A stretch of 15,814 bases of DNA from a virus (taxonomy: Duplodnaviria; Heunggongvirae; Uroviricota; Caudoviricetes): positions 1 through 15,814 of IMG/VR virus record IMGVR_UViG_2531839555_000011; one strand, 5' to 3'. This document shows positions 1-8,687 of this stretch, piece after piece. The position numbers and the translations under genes were made by a program. The notes under the pieces are model-generated. The model saw nothing but the letters and a program-made list of their open reading frames with translations, made no database searches and had not been told where the DNA came from. Each line of letters starts with the position of its first letter. The stretch's first letter is position 1.

Positions 1-537
1 TTACTCGTCCAGCAGAATCACTTTGCCGATATACGGCAGATGACGGTAACGCTGTGCGTAATCAATGCCGTAACCCACCACAAACTCATCCGGGATCGAG
101 AAACCGATAAATTCTACCGGGACGTTCACTTCACGACGGGACGGTTTATCCAGCAGCGTACAAATCGCCAACGACTTCGGTTCGCGCAGGCTTAAGATCT
201 CACGCACTTTCGACAGTGTATTCCCCGAGTCGATGATATCTTCAACAATCAGCACGTCCTTGCCACGGATATCTTCATCCAGGTCTTTGAGGATTTTCAC
301 ATCACGGGTGGTGGACATGCCGCTACCGTAGCTGGAGGCGGTCATAAAGTCGACTTCATGAGATACCTGAACTTCACGGCACAGGTCCGCCATAAACATA
401 AATGAGCCACGCAGCAGACCCACCAGCACCATATCGCTGCCGCTGTCTTTGTAACGCTCAGTAATCTGACGACCCAGTTCGGCGATACGCGCTTTAATCT
501 CCGCTTCGGGGATCATTACTTCTACAATATGTTTCAT
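1..537 (-). CDS. hpt: Hypoxanthine phosphoribosyltransferase
   Basis: Complete minus-strand ORF (ATG at 537-535, TAA at 3-1), 178 aa. Contains the PRPP-binding motif [13 protein letters not shown] and matches the enterobacterial Hpt sequence as I recall it almost residue for residue. Confidence 0.95.
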   Translation of the reverse strand: MKHIVEVMIPEAEIKARIAELGRQITERYKDSGSDMVLVGLLRGSFMFMADLCREVQVSHEVDFMTASSYGSGMSTTRDVKILKDLDEDIRGKDVLIVEDIIDSGNTLSKVREILSLREPKSLAICTLLDKPSRREVNVPVEFIGFSIPDEFVVGYGIDYAQRYRHLPYIGKVILLDE

Positions 538-942
538 AAACTTTATATCCCACTGATTTTAATCAGTTAAATTAACAAACATGCCATGCATTTTAGCTAA
601 AAGTGATACACCGAGTGATATACGGATTATTGCACAAAGCCGAAAATATGCGAAAGCATGAGCACGGTAGAAAGGCGGCGAGTATAACAGTATTAAAAAG
701 CAAATTATGAATCTCTTATTGTATGAGACATCTATCCCACAATAACCCATTATCAGCATCCCCACGCATCATGCCCACCAGCGTGAAGCATTTTTCGCGG
801 GTATAAAAAATCGATGGAGCGGGCAGTCCGGAAGACGTCAGGGTACAGAGATTTGACCCGCCCCTCCCTGTGCATGAGCACAATAAGTAACCGAAGGCGG
901 AATTCCGCCCTCGGTACTCACATATGAGAAACGATATTTCTT

Positions 943-1063
943 CCACCGATCCCCTGTATTTGGGTATCGCAAGTAAGCCCCAAAATCTGGGTGTTACTCT
1001 TACTACCCAAACTACGGGTAGTTTCCGTAGTTTCATAGTCGAGTTGCAGATCTGCAACTCGCC
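943..1063. repeat. 121-bp structured direct repeat, copy A
   Basis: Aligns by eye to 1377-1497 with about 7 mismatches. Contains several perfect or near-perfect hairpins: CGATCCCC..GGGTATCG, AAACTAC-GG-GTAGTTT, GAGTTGCA-GATC-TGCAACTC. The ORF-track ORFs over the two copies are on different strands, so conservation is at nucleotide level. Confidence 0.8.
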
Positions 1064-1193
1064 ATCAGTCAGGGAAATTTTGTAATTTCACGGAGGTTAA
1101 AATTCGAAGAGGCGGGCACTCCAAGAGATAAGAGACGGTAGGGATTTTGCTCCCCCTCCTGAATGCAATTTTTCGTATATATATACAAAACAG

Positions 1194-1211
1194 TGCGGGT
1201 TATGCGGGTTA
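1194..1211. repeat. Two tandem copies of TGCGGGTTA (reverse complement of TAACCCGCA)
   Basis: gTGCGGGTTATGCGGGTTAgcg read directly from the sequence; same 9-mer as the array at 1297-1348 in opposite orientation. Confidence 0.7.
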
Positions 1212-1296
1212 GCGAGTTATCTTCGCGTGCTAAGTATTTTTTATTATTTAATATCAATGCGTTGAAAAATAACATGTTCAAATGTTAGCCAAATCG

Positions 1297-1348
1297 TAAC
1301 CCGCAAGTCATTCAAAATAACCCGCAACCTCTCCCAAATAACCCGCAA
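1297..1348. repeat. Three direct copies of aaaTAACCCGCAA at 21-bp phasing (candidate protein-binding array)
   Basis: TAACCCGCAA at 1297-1306, 1318-1327 and 1339-1348, each preceded by an A-rich tract. The 21-bp period puts the sites on one face of the helix. Interpretation as integrase arm-type or excisionase sites is inference. Confidence 0.6.
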
Positions 1349-1376
1349 ACACATCAGGAAAGTGGGGCCAGTGATG

Positions 1377-1497
1377 CCACCGATCCCCTTTATTTGGGGA
1401 TCGCGAGTAAGCCCCAAAATCTGGGTGTTGCTCTTACTACCCAAACTACGGGTAGTTTCCGTAGTTTCATGGTCGAGTTGCAAATCTGCAACTCACC
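1377..1497. repeat. 121-bp structured direct repeat, copy B
   Basis: About 94% identical to 943-1063. Hairpins CGATCCCC-TTTATTT-GGGGATCG (perfect 8-bp stem), AAACTAC-GG-GTAGTTT and GAGTTGCA-AATC-TGCAACTC. Lies immediately right of the TAACCCGCAA array. Confidence 0.8.
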
Positions 1498-1833
1498 CAC
1501 CAGCCAACCCATTTTTGGGCCGTCGGGAATATCAACAAGTTAGCACAGAAATAACTCAGGCAGATACAAAACTCAATTTTGAGGTTTGCTTATTATTCAG
1601 TTGGTTAACATCCCTCAAAACTGAGGACTGTACCCAAAACTATTCTTATAGCTCCGGCCTCAGCCGTTGGCTTTTCCCGAAAATATCAGTCAGTTACGTT
1701 AACCGCTAATTTCTGCCTTTGGTGTGAATACTGTCGCTTTAACCTACGGTAATTGTTCTGCCTCGGTGCGTGTCACCGCCGTAACCGCGCCAGTAAAACC
1801 CACAGATTCGTGGTTTTCCTGAATATCAGGAAT

Positions 1834-2127
1834 CTACCGCCGCAACCGTTCCGGCTTCTTCCACTGGTAAGTATTTTTCGCGCTCTCCCTCCGTTGTTGA
1901 GAACGGCGACGGTATGCCAGCAACTCAAGGACTCTGGTTCGTATGTTGCGCATATCCACGCCGTTAAGCTCAATAACGTCACGGCGCATCACCTTAGCCA
2001 CCACACGCGCGTAATTTTCAGCGGTGACGGTATCCGGCTGCTTGGCCTCCGGTTTGCCTGTTGCCTGGCAGACTCCGGTAACGCAGCGAATTATTTTTAG
2101 TAGATCGGTTTCAGTCATTCTCGTCAT
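1834..2127 (-). CDS. Hypothetical basic 97-aa protein coupled to the large terminase
   Basis: ATG at 2127-2125 overlaps the terL stop (2126-2124) as ATGA. Arg/Lys-rich C-terminus. No family recognised. Confidence 0.45.
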   Translation of the reverse strand: MTRMTETDLLKIIRCVTGVCQATGKPEAKQPDTVTAENYARVVAKVMRRDVIELNGVDMRNIRTRVLELLAYRRRSQQRRESAKNTYQWKKPERLRR

Positions 2128-3785
2128 ACCCCATCAAATGCCGCTAGTCGCTCTTTCTGGCTGTCGCTCATATCAAATGCAAATTCCTCATGCTCAGCCT
2201 GGAATGTGCCAAACGCCATCAGCGCCGCAACGCTCGGGTCTATCTTGTTGGATGATTTTTTCTTGTTCGGCTTGATATTGGCGTTCGCGTCACTCTGCAT
2301 CACAACATTACTCATTGACCAGGCCAGCACCGGATCACCACGATGCACAATCACCTTCCGGTTAACAAAAACCTCGAACGATTTCGCCGCCGGACTGAAA
2401 CGAAGGTAGGTTTGAGGGAACGGCTCCACCTCAAAGCCTGCCCCCTGTAACTGCGTTCTCAGGTGCGTGGCGTTCCACGTATCAAAGCCCACCAGCCTGA
2501 TATTGAAATTCTCTGCATCCGCCATGATGTCATCACGGATACGGTCATAATCAATGCAGTCACCCGGTGTTGTGCGTATCCAGCCCGCCTTTGCCCACTG
2601 GCGATAGATGGCGCGGTTTTTATTGGCGGGGTTCTGTAGCTGAAATTCCGGCAGATAGTGACGAGAAACCAGCATAATGGTTTTACCAACCGGAAAGGCA
2701 TAGCACACGCTGGAGATGTCGCTTGTAGATGATAAATCAAGCCCCGCGTAACACTCCTGACCGTGTAAATCTTCCTCCGTGAACGTTCCGGCGCACTCAG
2801 CCCATGCACCGTTACCCATCCACGGCGTAGCCCCCTGACACCAGATATTGAATCGCTTGGTGAGCATTTCCACCCACTGCGACGGAATACCCCGCGCTTT
2901 CTGGATGGTTGAGGCCAGTTTTTCACGATCTACGGAAACATCGATATTGGGATTCGCCTTTATCCACATCGCCGGATCGTCAACCTCGCTTTCATCATCC
3001 AGCTCATAAATCAGAACGAACATGGATTCGTTCACCTCTTCACCATCCAGTATCTGGCAGCAATAGTCGTAGTGTTGTTTACAGGCTGAAACAACGTTGC
3101 TCCCCGATGTGGTGATGGCAAATAACAGCCCCTCCGGGCGTGCCCCCATTCCCAGTTCAAGCGCGGAATAAACCCCGTTGTCAGGGTGGAGGTGATATTC
3201 ATCCACAATGGCAAGACTCGGGTTTGTACCTTCAATGGTTGCTGCTTTTGCTGCCAGTGGCTTTAACAGACTGTTGGTTTTCGGGTGTATCACCTTGTGT
3301 GCCTGAATATTTACCCGCTTTCGTAACGGTCGGGATAAAAGGCACATCTGACGCGCATCATCAAACACGATCCGCGCCTGATCACGACTCACGGCGGCGG
3401 TGTAAATATCCTGCTGCCCGTTTTCCATAACCAGAAACCAGTTAGCCAGGATAGCGGCGACCGTGGATTTGGCATTTTTTCGCGGAACTTCAATGAATGC
3501 GCTGGTGTATTTGCGCCGTCCGGTGGCCTTAACCTTAAAGCCCAGGATGCACGCAAAGGCGAACTGCTGCCACGGCTCCAGCTCAATGGGGCTACCGCGC
3601 ATTGCGCCTTTTACGTGCGGACACACCCTGGAAAAGGCAATAAACCGCTCCACGACCTCCGGATCGAACGTGTAAAGGGGGTTTTCAAGGTCAGAAAAAT
3701 ACCGTTTAACGGCCTGTTTCAGTCGTTTACAGGCCGTAATTTTGCCGTTTTTTACGCCTTCTGCGTACTCATGCCAGGCGGTCAA
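2124..3785 (-). CDS. Terminase large subunit
   Basis: 553-aa ORF with N-terminal ATPase and C-terminal nuclease regions typical of phage large terminases. Apparent TTG start at 3785-3783 preceded by a GAGGA Shine-Dalgarno; overlaps the terS 3' end by 17 nt. Confidence 0.9.
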   Translation of the reverse strand: MTAWHEYAEGVKNGKITACKRLKQAVKRYFSDLENPLYTFDPEVVERFIAFSRVCPHVKGAMRGSPIELEPWQQFAFACILGFKVKATGRRKYTSAFIEVPRKNAKSTVAAILANWFLVMENGQQDIYTAAVSRDQARIVFDDARQMCLLSRPLRKRVNIQAHKVIHPKTNSLLKPLAAKAATIEGTNPSLAIVDEYHLHPDNGVYSALELGMGARPEGLLFAITTSGSNVVSACKQHYDYCCQILDGEEVNESMFVLIYELDDESEVDDPAMWIKANPNIDVSVDREKLASTIQKARGIPSQWVEMLTKRFNIWCQGATPWMGNGAWAECAGTFTEEDLHGQECYAGLDLSSTSDISSVCYAFPVGKTIMLVSRHYLPEFQLQNPANKNRAIYRQWAKAGWIRTTPGDCIDYDRIRDDIMADAENFNIRLVGFDTWNATHLRTQLQGAGFEVEPFPQTYLRFSPAAKSFEVFVNRKVIVHRGDPVLAWSMSNVVMQSDANANIKPNKKKSSNKIDPSVAALMAFGTFQAEHEEFAFDMSDSQKERLAAFDGV

Positions 3786-4125
3786 GCTCGTCCTCTTCCT
3801 CTGTTTCCGGTGGATTTCTGCGGCGGCTTACCGGGTCAAAACCCAGCAAAGAAGCCATTTTGATCATTATTCTTTCTGCGTCAGCCTTTGCGCTCAGGGC
3901 GGGGTTTCTGCTCTCGCTGCCCTGACTGTTAACAATGCTGAACCCGCGCGTCGCAAGGTCTTCGACGGCTTTGCGGTATATGGAGTAGTTAACACAATAC
4001 AGTTCCAGATTGCTCCAGTCGGCGGGGGTAAGGTCTTCCCGCCCGGAAAGCTGGCGCGATTTTTCCTTCCACTGCCTGACCGCGATTTCATCCAGGTAAG
4101 CGGGGGCTTTTGGTGGTCTTGCCAT
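3769..4125 (-). CDS. Terminase small subunit (P27-like)
   Basis: Start placed at the internal ATG (4125-4123) giving MARPPKAPAYLDEIA..., a typical P27-family small terminase N-terminus. The upstream part of the track ORF is a poly-Gly artefact of a G-run. Confidence 0.8.
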   Translation of the reverse strand: MARPPKAPAYLDEIAVRQWKEKSRQLSGREDLTPADWSNLELYCVNYSIYRKAVEDLATRGFSIVNSQGSESRNPALSAKADAERIMIKMASLLGFDPVSRRRNPPETEEEDELDRLA

Positions 4126-4412
4126 GTTTTTTTTCGCCCAATTATTTTCAAAAAAATTACCGTGCACAAAAATTTGAGGGGGCGGTCGGTGTCCGGCAGG
4201 GACGGTTTCGTCCTGAAAACCACCCCCACCCCCTCTGACGGCCTCACCAGCGATTGCGAAAACATTCCATGACCTCGCGGTCACGGTCGGTTAATCGCTT
4301 CGCTGTGGTGCGTTTTGTGCGCCCTGTCCTGTTGGCTTTGTGCTCTGTCTCCTGTGTCTTCCATGTGTCACGCTGCCTTATCAGTCCACGTATCAGCCTG
4401 GTTTGCTCCTGT
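4126..4412. other. Candidate cos / packaging-initiation region
   Basis: Non-coding gap between HNH and terS, the position cos occupies in HK97-type genomes. Contains a G/C-rich nested dyad, GAGGGGG (4176-4182) ... CCCCCTC (4229-4235) with an inner GGACG-gttt-CGTCC hairpin, next to A/T runs. Assignment is inference. Confidence 0.3.
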
Positions 4413-4853
4413 TCAGTCATCATCGCCATACATCCAGTCGTTACGGTGTGCCGCCCGTTCTTCCTGCTCGCGATACATGCCCGCTTTACGGTTTGCTTTC
4501 GTGGCTGGATCTTCCCGTGTCGTCTTACGGTTGTGGCACGTCTGGCACAATGCCTGGTGATTCCACTCAGGCCAGAAGAGAACATCACCGCCGCCATTGA
4601 TGGGAATGATGTGATCCACCACAAGAGCTGGCGTATAAATCCCCTTAGCCAGACAACGCACGCATAACGGGTTTTTGCTCAGGTACAGGGCGCGGTATTT
4701 GTCCCACTGTCGGGAATACCCGCGCGCGCGGCGGTGTCCCCGTCTGGCATCCTCTGCACGCCATGCAGCCCGCCTGTGCTCTTCACACTTGCCGGACTTC
4801 ACGCGCTTATTACAGCCAGGCTCAGTGCATCGCCTTAATGGTTGCCACGGCAT
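4413..4853 (-). CDS. HNH endonuclease (terminase-associated)
   Basis: 146 aa with Cys pairs and the H..N..H / CxxCHxxK pattern (VVDHIIPINGGGD...LCQTCHNRKT). Sits immediately upstream of terS as in HK97-like cos phages. Its ATG overlaps the connector stop by 1 nt. Confidence 0.9.
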   Translation of the reverse strand: MPWQPLRRCTEPGCNKRVKSGKCEEHRRAAWRAEDARRGHRRARGYSRQWDKYRALYLSKNPLCVRCLAKGIYTPALVVDHIIPINGGGDVLFWPEWNHQALCQTCHNRKTTREDPATKANRKAGMYREQEERAAHRNDWMYGDDD

Positions 4854-5155
4854 CAGTACACCCCTACGTCACGATAAACTGACCAGAGCGCAGAAATAGC
4901 CATAGGCAGTTCCGAGTGCTCCACTGGTGAAACCGCTTCCCGGTTCTCGTACAGGAAAGCGATGTACATCAGGCAACCAACACGCATTGCCGGGGTAAAT
5001 TCCAGCCCGTCTTCAAAACGTTTCCCGATATGCTTCTGGCAGGCTTCCAGCGCCGCATCGGTATACATTTTCAGAAGTTCGCCTTCACCGGATAAATCAT
5101 CATCAAGTCGAAGATGTGCCCTGACTTCATCAGGTGTAATTCTGGCTTCACTCAT
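4853..5155 (-). CDS. gp6-like head-tail connector / head completion protein
   Basis: Start at the internal ATG 5155-5153 with GGAGAA Shine-Dalgarno, 100 aa. Carries the family-typical LRLDDD...YENRE signature. Confidence 0.8.
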   Translation of the reverse strand: MSEARITPDEVRAHLRLDDDLSGEGELLKMYTDAALEACQKHIGKRFEDGLEFTPAMRVGCLMYIAFLYENREAVSPVEHSELPMAISALWSVYRDVGVY

Positions 5156-6362
5156 CTTTTCTCCCTTTAATTTCCACAGTCTGTTTCCATGCCTGGCTGA
5201 ACTCATCACCACCTTCACGCGGCGGCATACCCTCACGCTCACGGGCTTCGTTCGGATTCATGATCCCGTTCTTAATCCCTTTCTCATACGTGGCATAACG
5301 TTCGGTGGGTGTGGCGCGTAATAAATCGGCTGAATCAAACTCAACCAGATAACGGGTACCAGGTACGGGAGAAGCCACCAGCAAAGCGGCCTTGATTTGC
5401 TGTTCGAAGTTCGCCAGCCACGGGCGCATTGTCATGGTCAGAAACGCGCGGCTTGCCTCGCTGAAATTGCTGTAGGTGCTGTTGCTGTATTCCTGCAGAA
5501 AAATAGGCGATACGTTGAACATGCGGGCGATGTCTTCAATGGAGAAGCGACGGGAGGCCAGCCATTCCGCATCCTGGTTACTCATTCCCAGTTGCCTGTA
5601 ATCCATGCCCCCTTCAAGGATTGGCGTTTTTCCGGCATTTTTCGCCCCCTTGTAGCGTTCCAGAGCATCCAATGCCTGTTTACCTTTCACGCCGTCCAGC
5701 CATTCGCCTGACGTGATAATCCCTGCCGCCATCATGCCATCTTTCATAATGCTGGCTCCGTGGCGCTGTTGAGCAAGGCCAAGCCCAAGTGCCTCACGGC
5801 AAATCGTGACGGGGGAGCGCCCCAGAAAGCCATCATCCGAGGCATAGCGGAGATGCAGAACTTCTTCCTGTAAATACGTGCGCACCGTTCCTGTATAGGG
5901 TTCGGTGATGGTATAGCGGTATTTGTGTGCGCCTGTGCGTTCCGGTACAACACACCCCGGCGCATAAGGATGAAGTGATTTTGGCTGCCCGTCCTGCCCC
6001 CACTCAATAACCGCATAGGCGTTACCGTTCAGCAGGCAGTGACGCATCATTGTGCGTTTAAACTGGTAAGGTGTCTGGCACGAATTAGGCTGCTCATTCA
6101 GCAGAATATCTACCGGGTGACTGTCCAGCCATTCCCGCGCCTCCCTTCCCTTGTCATTACGTACCAGATACAGATAACACGGCATCGTGGCCACCGCCTC
6201 AGCGATGACAGAAACCGCATTCATCACTGCAGGCAATGATTCAGCCGTCCCGGCAGAAACATATTCTCCGGATCCGGTATTCGGTACGCCGGACAGCGCC
6301 AGAAAATCATCAATGGACAGGTTACGCTGCTCGCTTTTTTTACGACTAAAAGGCCACCACAT
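5148..6362 (-). CDS. Portal protein (HK97 family)
   Basis: Start placed at ATG 6362-6360 (MWWPFSRKK...), directly after the protease stop; the longer track ORF would overlap the protease by about 90 nt. About 404 aa with a portal-like central region. Confidence 0.9.
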   Translation of the reverse strand: MWWPFSRKKSEQRNLSIDDFLALSGVPNTGSGEYVSAGTAESLPAVMNAVSVIAEAVATMPCYLYLVRNDKGREAREWLDSHPVDILLNEQPNSCQTPYQFKRTMMRHCLLNGNAYAVIEWGQDGQPKSLHPYAPGCVVPERTGAHKYRYTITEPYTGTVRTYLQEEVLHLRYASDDGFLGRSPVTICREALGLGLAQQRHGASIMKDGMMAAGIITSGEWLDGVKGKQALDALERYKGAKNAGKTPILEGGMDYRQLGMSNQDAEWLASRRFSIEDIARMFNVSPIFLQEYSNSTYSNFSEASRAFLTMTMRPWLANFEQQIKAALLVASPVPGTRYLVEFDSADLLRATPTERYATYEKGIKNGIMNPNEAREREGMPPREGGDEFSQAWKQTVEIKGRKDE

Positions 6363-6363
6363 A

Positions 6364-6924
6364 TCACAACCCCGCCAGCTCAGACCAGCGATGACGATTA
6401 TTTCCTGTCGGGCATAATTCAGGGTGCTGTGCAAACAACGAACGGTGGGCAATCTCCACGCCAGATTCTGGATAAGCAGGCATCGACGTTATTGTGATTT
6501 CACGGAGTTCAGCGGCGGTTACGGTACGCAAATACGGTTTTTGCGCGATACTCCACTCCTCGCATAATGCGCGAAAACCAAAGCTCATTCCTGTAATGTC
6601 GCCACGCTCCACCAGCGTAAGCACATCTTTTCCAAGCTGGGTATCCGGCGGTGTCAGTTCAAAACGTAACCCGGTGTTATCCTCAGTCAGTACCAGAGTG
6701 CCGGATTTGGTGCGCCCCAGCAGTTGGGTATAGTCATGCTCATACAGGCAGCGCACATCATTACCCGCCGCCAGATAGTCAGCAAAAGCCCCCGGCGTGA
6801 ACTGTTCGCGGAATTCGTCCCAGATAATTTCTGAAAGGCTGTTCCAGCGAACGGCATACCCCACCAGCTTTTTATTGCTGGCGGTCAGTTCAGATGTGCG
6901 GATTTCAAAATCGGTGTTTTTCAT
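6364..6924 (-). CDS. Prohead maturation protease (HK97 family)
   Basis: 186 aa, GGAGT Shine-Dalgarno; sequence pattern (GYAVRWN...GAFADYL...LYEHD...GMSFGF...ITSMPAYP) typical of HK97-type prohead proteases. Confidence 0.9.
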   Translation of the reverse strand: MKNTDFEIRTSELTASNKKLVGYAVRWNSLSEIIWDEFREQFTPGAFADYLAAGNDVRCLYEHDYTQLLGRTKSGTLVLTEDNTGLRFELTPPDTQLGKDVLTLVERGDITGMSFGFRALCEEWSIAQKPYLRTVTAAELREITITSMPAYPESGVEIAHRSLFAQHPELCPTGNNRHRWSELAGL

Positions 6925-6930
6925 CGGTGT

Positions 6931-6966
6931 ACTCCATAAAGCTGAAAAAGGAGGCCGCAGCCTCCT
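6931..6966 (-). terminator. Possible partial terminator/attenuator between capsid and protease genes
   Basis: GC hairpin AGGAGGC-cgca-GCCTCCT (6949-6966) followed on the minus strand by TTTT, 13 nt after the capsid stop. Could tune capsid to protease/portal stoichiometry. Confidence 0.35.
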
Positions 6967-6978
6967 CCTTACTCATGA

Positions 6979-8148
6979 CTAGCCAGCTTTCATTTCCAGA
7001 ATTTTGATGGCGTTTGAATCCACCACACCACCGCCCAGATATTTATCCGTGTGGACCTTGTAGAATCCGGGTTCAGTAATGTTGTCCGGTCGGGTGCGAA
7101 TCCCTGTTACATGATCAACGATGAAATAACCACGACTGAAATCGCCAACCGCTAGCGGTGCTTTTCCTGCGCCGATGTCCGGCATGGACTCCAGGCAGTA
7201 AACAGGACGACCAAGCAACATATCCGGCGCACCTTCTTTAAGGCTGTCGCGCCAGATATAATCGCCGTTCTCATTTTTCAGCTTCTGTAGTGTCCCTGCC
7301 GTGCCCGAGTTCATCACCCAGACGGCATTTTTGCGGTATTTCGCTTTCAGCTTGTAGAGAATGTCGATCAGTTCGTCCGCTGTAATGGCGGTTCCACTTG
7401 CCGCTACTATTTTTTCAATGGTGCCAAAAGCGCGGGTTTTGTCACTGGTCGCCGCACGGGTGTAAGCCATGAAGCCTTTCGGCTTGCCGTTACCGTCGCC
7501 ATTAACAAAATCATCCTCTTCGGTGCTGGCGAACGTGTCGGCAATTTCGGAGGATAACCAGCCCAGAATATCCACCTCTGAAAAATCCAGGATTTCCTGC
7601 GTGGTTTTCGGGTAGGCGTAGATCGGATTCAGCTTGATGGTTACGCGTTCAATTTTCGGGGTGTTGGTTTCACTGCGTGCGCTGCCTTCTGTGCCTCGTC
7701 CTACAGTTGCGCCGCCAGTGGAAACCAGTTTCTGAAACTCATTTGATTTTGCGGTCTTCACGGTCGCGATCACGCGCATAACACTGTCATCCTGTAGCTG
7801 GCGCATGACTTCGCGATCAAGCTCAGGAATTACGGTATATCCGCCATCCCTGCCGCTGTCAGTGCTGGTGGACAGTGATCGCACATCTCCGGTTACGATG
7901 TAGTTACGCAATTCATCAGATGATAATTTCTGGATGCCCGTTCCTGGCTTGCTGCGTTCTTCATCAGCCACAGACTCGAGGCGGGAAATTTCTGTGTCGA
8001 GGGCATCAGCTTTTGCACGCAGTTCATCAAACTGTTTGCCTTCTTCAGCGTTCAGACTACGGTTTTCACTGTCGGCTTTTTCCAGCAGGGATCGCATCTG
8101 GTTTTTCAGGGCGTTTTTTTGCTGGCGGAGTTCGATTAATTTCTTCAT
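6979..8148 (-). CDS. Major capsid protein (HK97 fold) with N-terminal scaffolding-like coiled coil
   Basis: 389 aa. N-terminal about 100 aa is charged and coiled-coil-like (delta-domain-like); C-terminal core has HK97 MCP-like motifs (AVGDFSRGY). Confidence 0.9.
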   Translation of the reverse strand: MKKLIELRQQKNALKNQMRSLLEKADSENRSLNAEEGKQFDELRAKADALDTEISRLESVADEERSKPGTGIQKLSSDELRNYIVTGDVRSLSTSTDSGRDGGYTVIPELDREVMRQLQDDSVMRVIATVKTAKSNEFQKLVSTGGATVGRGTEGSARSETNTPKIERVTIKLNPIYAYPKTTQEILDFSEVDILGWLSSEIADTFASTEEDDFVNGDGNGKPKGFMAYTRAATSDKTRAFGTIEKIVAASGTAITADELIDILYKLKAKYRKNAVWVMNSGTAGTLQKLKNENGDYIWRDSLKEGAPDMLLGRPVYCLESMPDIGAGKAPLAVGDFSRGYFIVDHVTGIRTRPDNITEPGFYKVHTDKYLGGGVVDSNAIKILEMKAG

Positions 8149-8375
8149 GAAGGTTTTCTCGTATTGGTTAAGATTCAGGACGTGAAACCAACACGGAGGG
8201 AGCGCCGCCCGACACTCTCGGCATCTCGCAGATCAACCCGGCATCGCGCAGGGGGTCAGGCGGCATTGTGGCGGCTCACGTCTGAGTGCCACACGCCAAC
8301 ATATACATAAAAATCAGTATGTAAATATCAGCCAGAATCACTGAACAGCCAGAAACAACCACGAACAAATAATTT

Positions 8376-8410
8376 ACAAAACCTGAAAAGAAAACCCGGA
8401 AAAATCCGGG
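8376..8410 (-). terminator. Rho-independent terminator ending the replication operon
   Basis: On the minus strand, CCCGG-atttttt-CCGGG followed by TTTTCTTTTCAGGTTTTG, 12 nt after the stop of the 82-aa gene. Confidence 0.6.
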
Positions 8411-8421
8411 CCTTTATCGCT

Positions 8422-8670
8422 TTACTGTTTCATGGAATCCCGCATTCTGCGTCTTATTTTCCACAGATATTCGATCATCGCTTCCACCTGCTCACGGTTG
8501 GTTGCGAAAATTTCCCCGGTCAGTGAGCTGCGCAGAAAATCATGATGATCCACAACAAATAACGCATCGGAAGAAAGCAGACGGCGATATTTTTTTGCTG
8601 TCGTGGTTTCCAGATCATCAATACCATGAAACTTTTTATGTTGCTGAACTTCTTCAAATGTCACTGGCAT
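8422..8670 (-). CDS. Hypothetical 82-aa protein
   Basis: ATG at 8670-8668 with a strong AGGGGG Shine-Dalgarno at 5-nt spacing; followed by a terminator. No family recognised. Confidence 0.6.
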   Translation of the reverse strand: MPVTFEEVQQHKKFHGIDDLETTTAKKYRRLLSSDALFVVDHHDFLRSSLTGEIFATNREQVEAMIEYLWKIRRRMRDSMKQ

Positions 8671-8687
8671 GTATCCCCCTGTTATCG

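Noticed and set aside
943-1497. Identification of the 121-bp repeats as ERIC/REP-type enterobacterial repeats
   Set aside because: Short stretches (AAGTAAG...CTGGGTG) recall ERIC, but the unit lacks ERIC's overall long imperfect palindrome and I cannot confirm identity from memory. Left as an unclassified repeat.
716-1709. ORFs covering the 121-bp repeats (716-1057 minus, 1244-1483 minus, 1362-1709 plus)
   Set aside because: The two repeat copies fall in ORFs on different strands, so the similarity cannot reflect a shared protein; the sequence is hairpin-dense and better explained as non-coding.
540-1830. tRNA or tmRNA gene as integration target at the hpt-proximal end
   Set aside because: No T-arm (GGTTCGAATCC-like), acceptor/CCA end or cloverleaf could be recognised. 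The int-proximal att flank where such a gene would usually sit lies beyond 15814.
3769-4284. Long 171-aa form of the small terminase
   Set aside because: The extra N-terminal 53 aa translates a G-run (GGGGG) and non-coding sequence; the internal ATG at 4125 gives the canonical MARPPK start.
3742-4667. Several overlapping ORFs on both strands across the terS / cos / HNH region (e.g. 3742-4272, 3894-4265, 4244-4624, 4254-4667)
   Set aside because: They are antisense or out-of-frame shadows of terS and HNH or run through the non-coding candidate cos region; none has a start context or recognisable product.
5148-6452. Long 434-aa form of the portal protein
   Set aside because: It would overlap the protease gene by about 90 nt; the internal ATG at 6362 sits right after the protease stop.
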